A stretch of DNA of 64,000 bases from Octopus vulgaris (GCA_951406725.2 OX597821.1:108872001-108936000), one strand, 5' to 3'; numbered from the stretch's first letter, positions 1 through 16,702 are shown. The notes: a model not told the origin generated them from the letters alone. Numbers and translations: made by a program.

Positions 1-9
1 CAGACAGAC

Positions 10-52
<43 letters not shown>

Positions 53-67
53 TAGATAGATAGATAT

Positions 68-161
<94 letters not shown>

Positions 162-1023
162 GCACGCATCCTAAACACAGATTATAAATACACACATACA
201 CTCACACACACATACACATACATACACAAACATACACGCACACACGCACACACACACACATATATACACATACTTCCCAAAGAAAACAAACAAAAAGGAT
301 ATAAAAACAATGAACATATCTATAAATACTGAATGAATAACTTCTCAAGTGATCTGTGAATAATGTCTAGAATGTTCCGTTCCGTGCAACGTCGCATGGA
401 ATCGTATTTCTAGATTCTACTTTTCATAAACTGTACTCAAAGCAGTTCTTTATATTATTGGGCAACAAATATTCTAATGTTGACTTCATTCCTCTTCTTT
501 TCATTCTCTTCTAGTCTCTATCCAACCTCATTTATATTCTATTTTATACTATCTTATTTGTGGACTCCCTAAATCTCGTTCTTTCTACGACTTAACAAAG
601 ACTCGACTCTTCATCTATGTATATATATATATATATAATTATAATTAGGGTTCGGCTAATTGCTTCGCCACATACCGAATTTAGAAATAGGAGTTAAAAT
701 TCCTTATCTCCTACTAAAAGAATCATAGTCGGTGAAGCAATATAGGTGAAGCAATTAGCAGAACCCTAATTATAATTATGTGAATAATTTTACCTATAAA
801 GGTTATTTTAACGTACCAATCTACTTGGTAAAATCATTGATTAATTGATTAATTAATTAATTTGATTAATAGATTTTACTCTTCTATGATATATATATAT
901 ATATATATATTTGCAGACGTATAGACATATAGATACTCACAGATATACAACGAAACATAATATATGCTCACTACACAACGTATGTATGGATATACATAAA
1001 CACACAAATATATCATCATCATT

Positions 1024-1420
1024 GTGGTCATCATCATCATTCCACGTCCGTTGTCTATGCTGGCATGTGTTGGACGGTTCGACTGGGTGACACACTGGAA
1101 GGCTGCACTAGACTGCAGTCTGATTTGGCATGGTTTTCTACGGATGGATGCCCTTGCTAACGCCAACTACTTCGAGAGTGTAACGGGTGCTTTTACGTGT
1201 CACCTACACGGGTGCCATTAGGGTGACACCGGGCTGCTTTTACGTGCCACCGGCACGGGTGCCAATTTGCGCGACACCGGTGTCTGCCTCGACTGCGATT
1301 TTGCTCGGTTTGATGGGCTTTCTTCTCAAGCACGACATATTACCAAAGGTCTTGGTAACTGCCTCCGTGAGGCCCAACACTCGAAAGGAACTCAGCTACT
1401 TTGCCTTCTTGAGGCCCAGC
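1024..1420 (-). mobile_element. SINE/RTE-LINE-type 3' fragment with (TGA)n tail
   Basis: Minus strand reads gttggcgttagcaagggcatcc...ccgtccaacacatgccagcat...gatgatgatga. Confidence 0.5.
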
Positions 1421-2386
1421 CCTCGATAATTAGGGTACAAAGCCAGCAATTTCGGGGGGAAAGAATAAGTCGATTAGATCGGCACCAGTGTTCAACCGGT
1501 ACTTATCTAATCGACCTCCGAAATAATGAAAGACAAATTGTACCTCTGAAAAATTTGAACTCAGAACGTAAAGATGGACGAAATTCCGCTAAGTACTTTC
1601 ACCGACATGTTAACGATTCTGCACAGCTCATAGCCCTACACAAACATATATTATTTTTTAAGAACAAAATATTGTTTTGTCAAGGTAAGCCATCAACGGA
1701 CACTCCAAGGATGGCTTTGTTGACCGAAACTTCAAACTCACTGTCATTCTTAGACTTCCTAAAAAACAATACATATATAATCTTCAAAAATTATTTAAAG
1801 ATCATTCCGTTTCATATAAAATATGAATTTATATAAGATACAGTACAGGACACAAGCTGGCAGAACCGTTAGCACGCTGACCAAAAGGTTTAGCAGTACT
1901 ATGTTCTAGGTTCAAATGCAGCCGTGGTCGACTTTGTCTTATATCACTTCGGGATCGATACAATAAGTACCAGTTGAGTACTGGGGTCAATTTAGTCGAA
2001 TGTCCTCCTCCTCCTCCAGAAATTACAGCCTTGTACCAAGCTTTGGGACCAAAATCGATACTAAGGATAATATCGGTACCAAATGCTGGTACAAGGCCAG
2101 TAATTTCGAGTGGATGGGGGTTATAAATTATCGACTCTGAAGGATCAAAGGCAAGGTGGGACCTCGGCGTAATTTTGTAAACAGGATTAATATTAATGCT
2201 AAGAATAATTTTGATATTATATGCGCGCATGGTTGTGTGGTAGCAAGGTTGCTTCCCGACCATTTGGTTCGGGTTCAGTCCCCTCGTGCGGCACTATGTG
2301 CGTCTTCTATTATAGCCTCGGTAAGACCAAACCTTTGTGAGTAGATTTGGTTACCGGAAACTGAAAGAAGCTTTCGTACATCTATC

Positions 2387-2463
<77 letters not shown>

Positions 2464-2600
2464 GTATGTATATGCATGTATGTATGTTGCCTGTGTAATA
2501 AGAAGCTTGCTTCCCAACCACACGGTTTCGGGGACTGAGTCCCATTGCGTGGGAACTGGGGCAAGTGTATTCTATCATAGCCTCAGACCGACCAAGGCCT

Positions 2601-2755
<155 letters not shown>

Positions 2756-2803
2756 GCATACATATATATATACACACATATATATATACATATATATACA
2801 TAC

Positions 2804-2846
<43 letters not shown>

Positions 2847-3638
2847 GGTATGTTTGTGTGTATGTATGTGTGTGCGTGTGTATGTGTTTCTTTCTGAATA
2901 TGTTCGTCCTCCCCCACGGCTTCACAACCGGTGTCGGTATGCTTACATCCTCGTAATTTTAGCGTTTCTTCAAAAGAAATTGCTGGAATAAGTGCCAGGC
3001 TTTCAAAAACAAATGTACTGAGATCGATTCATTCGACTAAGAATTCCTTAATGCAATGCCCCAGCATGGCCGCAGTCTAATGACTGAAAGAAATAAAAGT
3101 TAGAAAAATACAATAAAACAAAACAAAATAAAGGGTACTATTGTTTTTGTTGCAGCAGTTATTGTCATCGCCGTTTTGGTTTTACTTTTATCGCAATTTC
3201 ACAAACAAGAATCGTTTGGTATTCTTTTGTAGTGTCCTGATTCTACAATCAGGCACGAAGAAAGGTATTAAAAGAACAAGAAATAATTAAAAAGAACACA
3301 ATAAACAAAGAATACAGCAGATTATAGTAGTTGGTGATTGTAGTATTTTCCGTGTAAGATTCTGATTATATCTATTGAGAATCTTTCGGCGATGCTAATC
3401 TTATGAAGTATAAAGTTCTTTAGTTCTTGGAATGTGGTTCCAGTAAATGATTTCCTCGGAAAAAAAAAATTGAGATATTTCGGGCAAAACATAATAAAGG
3501 ATAAGATGAAAGAAATAGTTTTCTTTCCAACATGAAACATGAAAGAAAGACTATTTTAAGTTTGAGGTTTTACTACTATGGCGTGTTATATAGGCAAGAA
3601 AATATAAAATACGTGTGGCGGTTTATCTGTTTATGTAC

Positions 3639-3754
<116 letters not shown>

Positions 3755-4310
3755 GCCTGTATGTAAGTACATCTATCTCTATGTATGTATACATGTATGT
3801 CAAATAAGTATATATGGATGTGTGTACGTACGTATGTATGTGTATGTAATTATGTATGAATGTATGTATGAAGGTAAGATTGCATGTATGTATGTATGCA
3901 TGTATATATATGTATGTATGTATGAATGTATGTATGTATGCGGGTATGTATATAAGTATATATGAATGTATGTACGTACTTATGTATGCATCTATGTATC
4001 TATCTCTCTGTGCATGTATGTAAGTACATATATATATGTATGCATGCATGTATGTATGTGTATATATGTATGTATTTATGTATGCGTGCATGTATATATG
4101 TAAGTGTTTATGAATGTATGTATTTATGTATGAACGTATGCATGTATGCTTGTGAGCCTGTTTCTGCCCATGTCTGTATATCTATGTATAGGCAAGAATA
4201 TAGTTGTATAAAAATACACATATATTTAGATACAAGTACATTTGAATGCATAAATGTATAGATGCGCGTATATATACAAACATATATATATGTTTATACA
4301 TATATTTATC

Positions 4311-4391
<81 letters not shown>

Positions 4392-4458
4392 GTATACACA
4401 TATATATGTATATATATGTGTATATGTGAGAATATATATTGCGTGAGTGTACATTTAA

Positions 4459-4528
<70 letters not shown>

Positions 4529-5223
4529 CAAGGTCGGCCAAAGATCACCTGACAGCAGCAGAAATCCATTTTATTCCAAGATTTATATACATGTAACAAC
4601 TGTATATATTTAATAAAATCATGTAAATATGAAACGTCATGAAAATTATTCGCACTGAAGTCCTTCTTTAGCGACACATTTTTCCAAATGAATAAATATA
4701 TTTGAATATTAAGTATTTAGGGAATTTTCATTTACTGTCGGGTGACTTGTGGCCAATCCTCTATACATACTTACATACATACATGTATGCATCTACACAT
4801 TCACATATACATGCAAAAATGTACATGTGTATATGTATTCATGTATGTTTCTGTGTCTCATGCTGCGTTTGTTAAGAGTTTACCTGTACATTCATGCATA
4901 CCTGATTCCACGAGTCTATGGAAGCACAGTTTCACCAGTGAACAGAGACATTTATATTTGCAAGAGAAGAATTTGATGGCTTCCTTCATATTAGACAGTA
5001 TAAATCTGACCAACAGGACAATAATAGTACACTGGTGTTACATTCATGGCAATGATATGAAGGATAAAATAATGGTTTTAAATGTTGGCCCATGGCCAGG
5101 AATTTCAGGAGATGGTGTAAGTTGATTACATCGACGCCGCTAACTATTTTTCCCGGCGTGCTAACGATTCTGCCAGATCACCGCTTTGAAAAAAAAAAAC
5201 AATAATAATAATAATAATGATAA

Positions 5224-5767
5224 ATGCCCTGATGCAGTACCAGGCAGTGGCTCTCAAGGCTTCTGATCTTAACTGATTGGAAGTGTTATCATGTAGATTG
5301 TTTTGTCTTAGTATAAAAGATTGGCTACAGCAAATATTCTGCTCAATACCACAGATTTGCTTGTCAGTTGTTTGACCATAACTAGTTGACCATGTACCTT
5401 TACGGCAGACGATATGTGCATCTCTGATCATGAGCAGAAGTAGTGGGGTAGCATCATAGCCGTGTGTTGAAAGGAATTCTTGGAGGTTTGGATAATTCAC
5501 ACTTGGAAACATGGATGGTTCGTTCAACATCCTTAAACAATCCTTATTCAGGAACCTTTTGAGTGGGATGGTCTACTCTACCAGAAAAAAATTCTAACTG
5601 GTCCCACCTGCATGTTGATGCGATGTTTATCTTGATATGAGATCACCATGTCGCTCACATATGATTGTGATGCATGTGCCTGGTGTACCCTTATTAGACG
5701 GGTAGTCATGATGGGTATACTGGGCTTCGTATATTTTACCCCAGTGTCACTTTGATGGAATACACTG
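5224..5767 (+). mobile_element. ~550-bp non-coding interspersed element associated with (TAA)n (family D)
   Basis: Homologous copies at 14230-14785(-), 15445-15998(-) and 60700-61231(+); partial copies at 16893-17075(+) and 17329-17550(-). Confidence 0.75.
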
Positions 5768-6709
5768 AAGAAGAAGAAGAAGAAGAAGAAGAAGAAGAAG
5801 AAGAAGAAGAAGAAGAAGAAGAAGAAGAAGAAGAAGGAGGAGGAGGAGGAGGAGGAGAAGAAGAAGAAGAAGAAGAAGAGTTTCAAATTGCGCCACAAGG
5901 GCAGCAATTTTGGGGGAGGCCTTGAGTCGATTACATCGACCCCAGTGTTCAACTGGTTTTTCTTTTCCCGTTTCCGAAAGAATGAAAGGCAAAGTCGACC
6001 TCGGCGGAATTTGAACTCACACACATGTACATGGGGTAACACAGAATGACACAGAATTTCAAAGAGGAACATAAAAGGACTAACACATACGCACACATGC
6101 ACTCACCCCCCGCCACACACACACACACGCTCGTACACGCACATACACATACACACAAGCAACACAACACAAGCGCTCAATGATAATTAAGAGTAATAAG
6201 ATTGATTAACATCCCTCCATCACTCATTAACAAATAGCTTTGTCGCTATTTCTAATAAATACATAGTGACGCTGGGGTTGATAAGGATCGACCCTGGATT
6301 CCATCCCAATTATAGCCACCAATATCATTAAAACAGACATTAACTAGTCCATACTTAATGGTGTATGTTAATTGGTCACTGATAGGAGTTTTGCGCACAT
6401 AGTGTGTCACGACTTTGTGAAATTATACACGCGCGCGCTCACACATATATACATGCACACTCACATATATAGATTTGAAGTACATACGCGACAATGCAAT
6501 AAGTATCAGTAAACACACACACACACACACGTACACATATATATTATAGTTATAATATTTACTTGGATGTGTAAGTTAGCGTCTATGAATAAATACATAC
6601 GTACATACATATATGATTGTACATATATATTATGAAACCCGTCCGCGTGTGTATCGTTGCCGATTTTTTTCCTCCGTCTTCCCTTCCTTGGATCTTTCCT
6701 TTTCCTATG

Positions 6710-6742
6710 TTTCTGACGAAGAGCTCCGCTCGAAACGTTAAA
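6710..6742 (+). ncRNA. Minimal hammerhead-like motif in a PLE pLTR-type fragment
   Basis: UUU-CUGACGA-A-GAGC(UCC)GCUC-GAAAC-GUU/AAA, with a very short stem I. Confidence 0.5.
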
Positions 6743-6845
6743 TCCTCCTTCTTTTTTTTCCTTTCCTGAGCGCCAATAACACTATACTTGTTCCAGGTCC
6801 TCGCGCTGTTGTGTTTTCTCTTTGTGGTTTCATGTTTGGATTAAC

Positions 6846-6893
<48 letters not shown>

Positions 6894-7056
6894 TAAAATA
6901 ATAAGGGTGAAATATTGAATATCAATTTGATTAATACCAGTGGTGTAGCATATAGAAAAATCTGAAGATTCAGAAAAATTATATTACATACATATATATG
7001 GGATCATCCCTCTTAAATGTATGTAATAAAATTTTTCTGAATCTTCAGATCTATAC

Positions 7057-7176
<120 letters not shown>

Positions 7177-7298
7177 ATCCCTCCGATGAAGGGATATTAT
7201 TATTCATTAAAATTCTAGAAACAGTTGTAAGACCTCCTATCTATAAAAGCTCTAATATCTATACAGCCTTGGTTTTTTATCTCATTACGAAATAAAAA

Positions 7299-7346
<48 letters not shown>

Positions 7347-8181
7347 CATATATATGTGTGTGTGTGTATGTGTGCTTGTGCGTCTGTGTTTGTCCTCCCA
7401 ACATCGCTTGGCAACCGATAATGGTGTGTTTACGTCTCCGTAACTTTTGCGGTTCGGCAAAATACGCCGATAGAATATGTAATAGTCTTACAAAGAATAA
7501 GTCATGTGGTCGATATGTTCGACGAAAGGTGGTGCTCCAGCATGGCCGCATTCAAATCACTGAAACAAATAAAAGAATAAAGAATATATATTTTTTTTCA
7601 ATTCCGAGCTGTGGTCATGCTGGGGAACCGCCGCCTTGCTACACTGTTATTTCTGAGAATCTCCTCTAATATGCGGCATTTGGTGAAGAATGGAGTTTGA
7701 TGTTGCTACCCTCATTTGCACCTCTTGCCGCAAGATAGGTTTATCTGGGACTCTCGACAGGAAGAGGTCCAGTTTTTAATTGAAAATACCTACATCCACT
7801 TTATGTAGGTCCCTCAGGCTCTTTCGGAGAATATTAAAAAGCTACGGGCCCCTGAAGCCTAGGCTGCTGCAGTAACTGGTCCTGAAGCGCGATAGCTTTG
7901 CTGGGAAATTTGGTACAGTGCAGTGTCGACACGTTCTGGCATTGGTATAGCTTTCAATGCCAAAATTTGGCACAACTCCTTATATATTCTTTAAATGTGT
8001 ATGTGAGTGTGTGTGTGTGTCTGTCTGTCTGTCTGTCTTTCTGTGTGTATAATTATATTATTTGCAAGTTAATCCCTCCATCTTTCCTTCTATCCACCTC
8101 CTCTCACTCTCTCTTTCTCAGTCTATCTATGTTTCTACGTATCTATCTATATATCTATCTATTTATCTCGCTGTGTGTGCA

Positions 8182-8315
<134 letters not shown>

Positions 8316-8337
8316 CAGACATATACAGACATATACA

Positions 8338-8420
<83 letters not shown>

Positions 8421-9283
8421 ATATATATATATATAATCACTTAAAAGTTCTGCGAATTGTTGTCAGTAGGAAAATATTGCATAAAAATTTGGAAAAGGAC
8501 AAAAAGTTTGATATATTTTATACATTACGCATTATTTTTATATATAGGCTATATGCTATATACTATATTTATATGTTTATATATATATATATATATATAT
8601 ACTCATATATACGTATGTATGTATATATATGTACATAGGTATATATACATATATGCATATATATATACATACATAAACATATATATAAGTATATATATAA
8701 GCATATATATATACATATATATACACACACGCGCATATATATATGTACATATATATATATATATATATTCATACATATACATCACAATTATATATATATT
8801 ACATATTACATATATATATATATAATATATATATCATATCCATGTATATTATCAATTATATTTTATGCATTATACATATTATATTATCTTCAGAAATAAT
8901 ATAGGATTTTATTTTTATTTTTTCTTATTAGCCATATATATATATATATTCTTTGTTTTGTTTTATCATTGTTTTATTAGATGTTGTTGGTTTGATTGTT
9001 TGGTTTTTCCCTTTTTGTTTTTTCTTTTTTTCGGGCGATGCAGATAGGATTATACTGTGAACGGCAAAGACCTTATCATTTTTCTGTGATAACCATTTGC
9101 CACAGTACATATGGCTTTAGCGATTAGGAACGACAGTTTGGTAATCAGGATAAACAACGAAATAAATAAAATAAAATAAAATAAAATAAAATAAAATATA
9201 TAATGTGTGTGTGCATGAGTGAGGGAGAGAGAGAGAGAGGGGGAGTGCGACTGCATGCACTTGTCTGCGTGATATATATGAGC

Positions 9284-9355
<72 letters not shown>

Positions 9356-10278
9356 ATATACATATGTATACACACACACACATATATATACGCATGGATG
9401 TATATATGTATATATATGTATATATATATGTATGTGATTGTATGAGCGTGGCGATCTTTGGCAAGTGTTTGTGTGGTTTACAAAACATAGGTGTGTATAC
9501 GTGTGTGTTGTCTCGGCAATATAAATGTGCCTTTCCCTATTTTTGTTCCATGAATATATATATATGTATTTGGTGCGGCATGGTTTTTTTTTTTGATTTT
9601 TGTTGTTTTTTCTGTTTGTTTTGTTTTCTTTTTTTTTTTTTGGTTATTTTAGGTGCAGGCATGTCTGTGCGCTTAAGAAGTTCGCTTTGCAATCCTATGG
9701 TTCCCGGTTCATTCCCAGGGTGTGTGATAAATATGATCAAGCGCCTACTACTATAGCCTCGGAACCATCAATACCTCGTGAGTAAATTTCGTGGACGGAG
9801 ACTGAGAGGAAGCCTGTTGTATGTATACGTGTATATGTGAGTATGTGTGCGTCCGTGTATGTGCGTCTGTGTGTGTGTTTGTTTCTCTTTTCATGTTTGT
9901 TGTCCTACAAGCTCGTGACAACCGGTGTTCTCTTGTTTGCGTCCCCGTAACTTAACGGTTCGGCAAGAACAATTAAAAAGTACACACACTCACACACATA
10001 CATACATGTATTTGTATGCGTGCATGTGTTTGTGTGCGTGCGTGCTTGTGTGTGCATGTGTGTATTTGTATGTGTGTATGTATGTGTGTGCGTGCGTGCT
10101 TGTGTATGTTTATGTATGTGCATGTGCAATAAAGTAGTCGTCTGTATGTGTGTATGTGTAAATGTGTATCCTTGGATATGAAGGATCGTTGTACATCCCG
10201 AAAGCTTTCATTCTAAATTAAATTTCTTTAATAGCGTATTGCAAAATTTACCATTAACCGTGAAAGAACCTTCAACAA

Positions 10279-10680
10279 GGTGGCAAGATGGCGGAATCGT
10301 TAGCACGAGGGGCGAAATGATTAGCGGTATTTCGTCTGCCGCTACGTTCTGAGTTCAAATTCCGCCGAGATTGACTTTGCCTTTCATCCTTTCGGGGGCG
10401 ATTAAATAAGTACCAGTTACGCACTGGGGTCGATATGACCGACTTAATCCCTTTGTCTGTCCTTGATTGTCCTCTCAGTATTTAGCTCCTTGTGGGTAGT
10501 AAACAAATAGATATTTCGTCTGCCGCTACGTTCTGAGTTCAACTTCCACCGAGGTTAACCTCGCCTTTCATTCTTGCGTAGTTCATTAATTAAGTACCAG
10601 TTGAACACTTGGGTCGATGTAATCGACACATCCCCTTCCCCAAAATGGCTGCTCTTGCGGCAAAATTTGAAACCATTGTT
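10279..10680 (+). mobile_element. tRNA-derived SINE family B with Nin/Deu-like core
   Basis: Head ggc..gagctggcagaatcgttagc, B box gagttcaaattcc, core gtcgactttgcctttcatcctttcggggtcgataa..aagtaccag. Other copies at ~13968-14180, 14864-15060 and 55077-55460 (+), and 1430-1630, 5880-6020, 24770-24965, 26140-26560, 35030-35230, 55615-55920 and 61260-61450 (-). Confidence 0.8.
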
Positions 10681-10857
10681 ATTATCATTATTATAGGCGC
10701 AGGACAGGCTGTGTGATAAGTAGGTTGCTTATCAACCACATAGTTCCGGGTTCAGTCCCACTGTGTGGCACCTTGCGCGAGTGTCTTCTACTATAGCATC
10801 GGGCCGACCAAGGCCTTGTGAGTGGATTTGGTAGACGAAAACTGAAAGAAGTTTATC

Positions 10858-10914
<57 letters not shown>

Positions 10915-11494
10915 TTTGTGTGTCTGTCTTTGTCTCTCCGACATCGCTTCAAAACTGATGCGTTTACATCCTCGTAACTTAGCTGTTTGGCAAAAGGGAC
11001 CGATAGGATAAGTACTAGGCTTACAAAGATTTTTTCGACTAAAGGCGGTGCTCCAGCATGGCTGCAGTCAAAGGACTGAAACAATTAAAAGAATAATTCG
11101 AGCAGGTACGTATTTGTTAAAAACATACCCGACACAAACAGCCAATGTCGCATTCCAAACACTTAAAGATGCTTTCACCATTTCGTATTCGGTCGGATGT
11201 TTGAAAGGCTCTGGAATAGTTTCCTTCACAATTGCCATCAAGTATGAGCGAACCCGAGACTGTGACAAAAAGATAAAGACTTGTTCCATAAGCTAGATGG
11301 TAGGAGCTGTATCGCACACGGGACCTCACTATTGCAAGACAGTTTTCTTAGTTTGGCTATGTATCAGCTCACTTTTTTAAACATATATGGGATATTCTGT
11401 AAAGTTTCAGAGACAGATTTCTGAAAAAGAGAAAAACATCATATAAAAAGGGAGGGATAACGGTAGAAAAGAGGCATATAGATGTATGTATGTA

Positions 11495-11549
<55 letters not shown>

Positions 11550-12353
11550 CATACACACACATATATATATGTGTATGTATGTATGTATATACATACATAA
11601 TCCACTTAATATATTTAAAAAATTTCCTTCTCGAGCCATGCCAGGTTCATAAGGGCCGCTTTCCCGGTTTCAGTGGCGTAGAAACTCCCCACCTAGACGG
11701 GACGCCAGTCCGTCGCAGGATTACTCATTTTTGCCAGCTGAGTGGACTGGAGCAACGTGAAATGAAGTGTTTTGCTCAAGAGCACAACGCATCGCCCGGT
11801 CCAGGAATCGAAACCACAACCTTACAATCATAATTTCAACACCCTAGATATAGATACATATAAATATATATATATATACATGCGTACATACATAGATGCA
11901 TACACACATACATACATACGATAAAAGAAGTGAGAGAATAGATGTTTATTCCATTTATTTACAGCTGTTTCATAATCTGTTATATAATAGATATTGCATC
12001 AGTATTCGCGCATATTATAGACTATATATATAAATTTACGAGTCAAAGTACAAATATATTCACAATTGTGCGGGAAAATATAACTTACAATTTAATCTTT
12101 AGAATTCTTCAGATTAGTTCAAACATTAATACCACTACAGAAAGCAAGGTTATATAATTTGGTTCACATTGACATGATGTGGGTAGCGCTGAGGTTGAAG
12201 GCTATTATAGGTGTTCAAAATGCCATGCAGCAGAATCGAACCTGAGAACGCATAGTCACCAATCACACAATTAGGCCGTACTGAGCTTCTTTGACAGAGA
12301 CAAACACATAAGGAATATGTAATGAAAAAGTGGTGATAATTCTGAAGAATAAT

Positions 12354-13081
12354 TTCTTCTTCTTCTTCTTCTTCTTCTTCTTCTTCTTCTTCTTCTTCTT
12401 CTTCTTCTTCTTCTTCTTCTTCTTCTCTCTTTTTCTTCTTCTTTTCCTCCTCCTCCACCTCCTCCTCTTTCTTCTTTTTTCCTTCTTCTTCTTCTTCTTC
12501 TTCTTTTTCTTCTTCTTCGTCTTCAGCTTCTTTTTCTGCTCCTTTTCCGCCTCCTCCTCCAACTTCTCCTCCTTCTCATCTTTCTTCTTCTTTTCCTTCT
12601 CCTCTTTCTCTCTTTTTCTCTTTCCTTCTTCTTTTCCTCCCCCCTTTTCTTCTTCTTTTCCTCCTCCGCCCCTCCTTTTTCTTCTTTTCCTCCCCTGTTT
12701 CTCAACATTCTTCTTCTTCGTCTTCTTCTTTTCCTACTCCTTATCCACCTCCTCCTCCACCTTCTCCTCCCTCTCCTCCTTCTTCATAACCATCACCATG
12801 ACCATCATCACCATCATCATCGGCATCGCCGTCGTTGTCTTTATCGTCTCCGTCGTCGTCACTTTCATCATCACCCTCGTCATCGTCGTCTTCGTTGCCG
12901 TTTTCGTCATCATCACCAAAATTAGCGCAACCCACTGGCACACCCGCGACACAATCTTCCCCCAACACCACAACCACCACCACCACTACAATCACCACTA
13001 CAATCACCACCACCACCACCACCATCATCATCACCATCACCTTCATCATTATCATCATCATCATCATCATTATCATCATCA

Positions 13082-13143
<62 letters not shown>

Positions 13144-13240
13144 CCGTCATCAATTTAATTTCTTCTTAAATTATAACTCATGGTTGTCATTGTAATTTTT
13201 TCCCAATGGTCTCCGCCAGAATTGCAAATACATGAAACAG

Positions 13241-13334
<94 letters not shown>

Positions 13335-13348
13335 TAATAATAATAATA

Positions 13349-13383
<35 letters not shown>

Positions 13384-13420
13384 TATATAATAATAATAAT
13401 GATAATAATAATAATAATAT
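12354..13420. repeat. Compound trinucleotide microsatellite block (TTC/TCC/CAT/CAC/TAA)
   Basis: Direct reading; this explains the homopolymeric ORFs. Confidence 0.95.
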
Positions 13421-13694
13421 TTCAAATATGAAAAGTATAGCATATAAATAAATCACATACACACACATATTCACAAAAAAAAAAAGAGAGATCTAAAATA
13501 AATTCGATTATCTGATTGCATTTTGATTTCCCACAAGAATGGAAATTTCTACCAAATTCAAAACAAGGAGAGATAAGACCAATGCTTTGGTTACAAAGAA
13601 AATTCGTTATCTTGCAACAGATTTATAATATAAATATAGCCACCTTCATTCTATTTGATAGAGTGATACATGTGTGTGTCTGAGTGTACTTACA

Positions 13695-13742
<48 letters not shown>

Positions 13743-13797
13743 TATAAAACATACCTACATATATGAGTGTGTATGTGTTTTAGCGGCCAGTTATTCA

Positions 13798-13886
<89 letters not shown>

Positions 13887-14229
13887 TATTATTATTATTA
13901 TTATTATCATTATTACTATTATTATTATTATTATGATTATTATTATTATTTACTATTATTATTATCGAGGCGGTGAGCTAGCAGAATCGTTAAGCACGCC
14001 GGGTGAAATGCTTTGCGGTATTTCTTCTGTCGTTATGTTCTGAGTTCAAATTGCACCGAGGTCGACATTTGCATTTCATCCTTTTGGGGGTCGATTAAAA
14101 TAAGTATCAGTTACGCACTGGGGTCGATGTAATCGACTTAATCCCTTCCCCAAAATTTGAGGCCTTGTTTTTCCACTAGAAAAGATTCTACTTCTTCTTC
14201 TTCTTAGTATTATTATTATTGTTATTATT

Positions 14230-14783
14230 GAGTGAGAGAGCAGTGCATGCCACCAAAGTGACACTTGGGTAAAATATACGAAGCCCAGTATACCGATCAT
14301 GACTACCCGTCTGATAAGGGTACACGAGGCACATGCATCACAACCAAATGTGCGCCACATGGTGATCTCATATCAAGATAAACACCACATGACCTTGCAG
14401 GTGGGGTCCAGTTGGAATTTTCTTCTGGTCGAGTAACACATCCCACGCAAAAGGCCCTTGAATAAGGATTGTTTAAGGATGTTGAACGAACCACCCATGT
14501 TCCCAAAGGTGAATTATCCAAACCTCTAAGAATTCCTTTCAACACATGGCTATGATGCTCCGCCACTACTTCTGCTTGTGATCAGAGATGCACATATCGT
14601 CAGCCACTAAGGGACATGGCCAACTGGTTAAGGTCAAACAAATGACAAGCAAATCTGTGGTATAGAGCAGAATATTTGCTGTAGCCATTCTTTTATACCA
14701 AGACAAAACAATGTACATGATGACACTTCCAATCAGTTAAGATCAGAAGACATGAGAGCCACTGTCGGGTACTGCATCAGGTC

Positions 14784-14785
<2 letters not shown>
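14230..14785 (-). mobile_element. Family D copy
   Basis: Reverse complement of 5224-5767, with (TTA)n on both sides. Confidence 0.75.
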
Positions 14786-14864
<79 letters not shown>

Positions 14865-15370
14865 GGCGACGAGCTGGCAGAATCGTTAGCACAGCGGAAG
14901 AAATGCTTAGTGGCATTTCGTCCATCTTTTCGTTCTGAGTTCGAATTACGCCGAAGTCGACTTTGTCTCTCATCCTTCCTCTGTCGAAAGCATAAGTACT
15001 AGTTGAGCACTGGGGTCGATTTTCTCGAAATTACTGGCTTGTGTCAATATATGAAACCATCATCATCCTCCACCTCCTCCTTCTCCTCCTCCTCCTCATC
15101 ATCATCATCATTATTGGCCTAGTGCTTAGGGTGTTGTACTCACGACTGCGAGATTATGATTTCAATTCTTAACCGGGGTGGTGCATTGTATTCTTGAGCA
15201 AAAAACACTCCACCTCGTGTAACTCTGCGATCGCTTCGACACCCGACGCCTTCCCCACTGTACATCCGTTCAGACATCATCGATTTGATCCCTAAAAACA
15301 AATCATTTGTGCAGATCGTTCGGCAACAGCGGATCATTCATATGTCGCCTACAACAAGAATCCATCATCA

Positions 15371-15444
<74 letters not shown>

Positions 15445-15998
15445 GAGTAAGAGAGCAGTGCTTGCCATCAAAGTGACACTGGGGTAAAATATACGAAGCC
15501 CAATATACCCATCATGACTACCCGTCTGATAAAGGTACACCAGGCACATGCATCACAACCAAATGTGCGCCACATGGTGATCTCCTTTCAAGGTAAACAG
15601 CACATGACCTTGAAGGTGGGACCCAGTTGGAATTTTCTTCTGGTCGAGTAGCCCATCCCGCTCAAAAGGTCCCTGAATAAGGGTTGTTTAAGGATGTTGA
15701 ACAAACCACCCATGTTTCCAGAGGTGAATTATTCAAACCCCAAAGAGTCCCTCTCAACACATGGCTATGATGCTCCCCCACTACTTCTGCTCGTGATCAG
15801 AGATGCACATATCGTCAGCCACTAAGTGACATGCTCAACTGGTTATGGTCAAACAACTGACAAGCAAATCTGTGGTATTGAGCAGAATATTTGCTGTAGC
15901 CCATCTTTTATACCAAGACAAAACAATGTACATGATAACAATTAGAATCAGTTAAGAACAGAAGCCATGAAAGCCCTTGTCTGGTACTGCATCAGGGC
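15445..15998 (-). mobile_element. Family D copy
   Basis: As above, and directly adjacent to the Dong LINE fragment at 16031. Confidence 0.75.
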
Positions 15999-16030
15999 TT
16001 TTATTAATTATTATTATTATTATTATTATT

Positions 16031-16702
16031 CAGTAGTTTTATTTTTATAGTGTGCTTTCACTTCACTACCGAGCGCAGCTCTGTGTGCCTTGGGTATGTG
16101 CTGTGATTTGTTGTGATGCTCTGATGGTTATTGTATGGAAAGTGTTCTGCGTAGGATGTGTGCAGTACCTAGTAGTGCAATTTTCTGTATGTTATATGTG
16201 TTTGTAAGTCCTGGTGTTTTTGTTATGTATTTGTCTGAATATTTTTTTATCATGCCTAATGCACCTACTATGATAGGAATTGTTTCTGTTTTCAGATTCC
16301 ACATTCTAGTTACCTCTATTTCCAGGTCTTTGTATTTTGAGAGTTTCTCCATTTCTTTTAGAGACACGTTGTCATCTGCCGGTATTGATACATCAATTAG
16401 AAAGCATTTTTTTTCTTCATGGTCTCTGACAACTATATCTGGTCTGTTGGCCTTAATTTCTCTGTCTGTGTGTATCGGCATATCCCAGAGTATGGTTGCT
16501 TTCTCGTTTTCTGTGACCTTTTCTGGTGTGTGCCTATACCATCTTTTTTCTGTTGTTATTCCATAATGTTGGCATAGCTTCCAATGTATGTAAGTTCCAA
16601 CTCTGTCATGTCTGTGAATATATTCCTTCTTAGCCAGGACTGGGCAGCTAGAGATAATATGATTTATTGTTTCTTGTCCATCTCCACATATTCTGCAGTT
16701 AC
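16031..16702 (-). mobile_element. Third R4/Dong LINE 3' fragment of the same family
   Basis: ORF 16128-16481 is almost identical to the RLE domain at 42661-43014. Flanked by (TTA)n on +. Confidence 0.9.

Noticed and set aside
11955-12008. Minus-strand CUGAUGC...GAAACAGCUGUA hammerhead-like motif
   Set aside because: A9 is altered and stem I cannot pair; at best a decayed relic.
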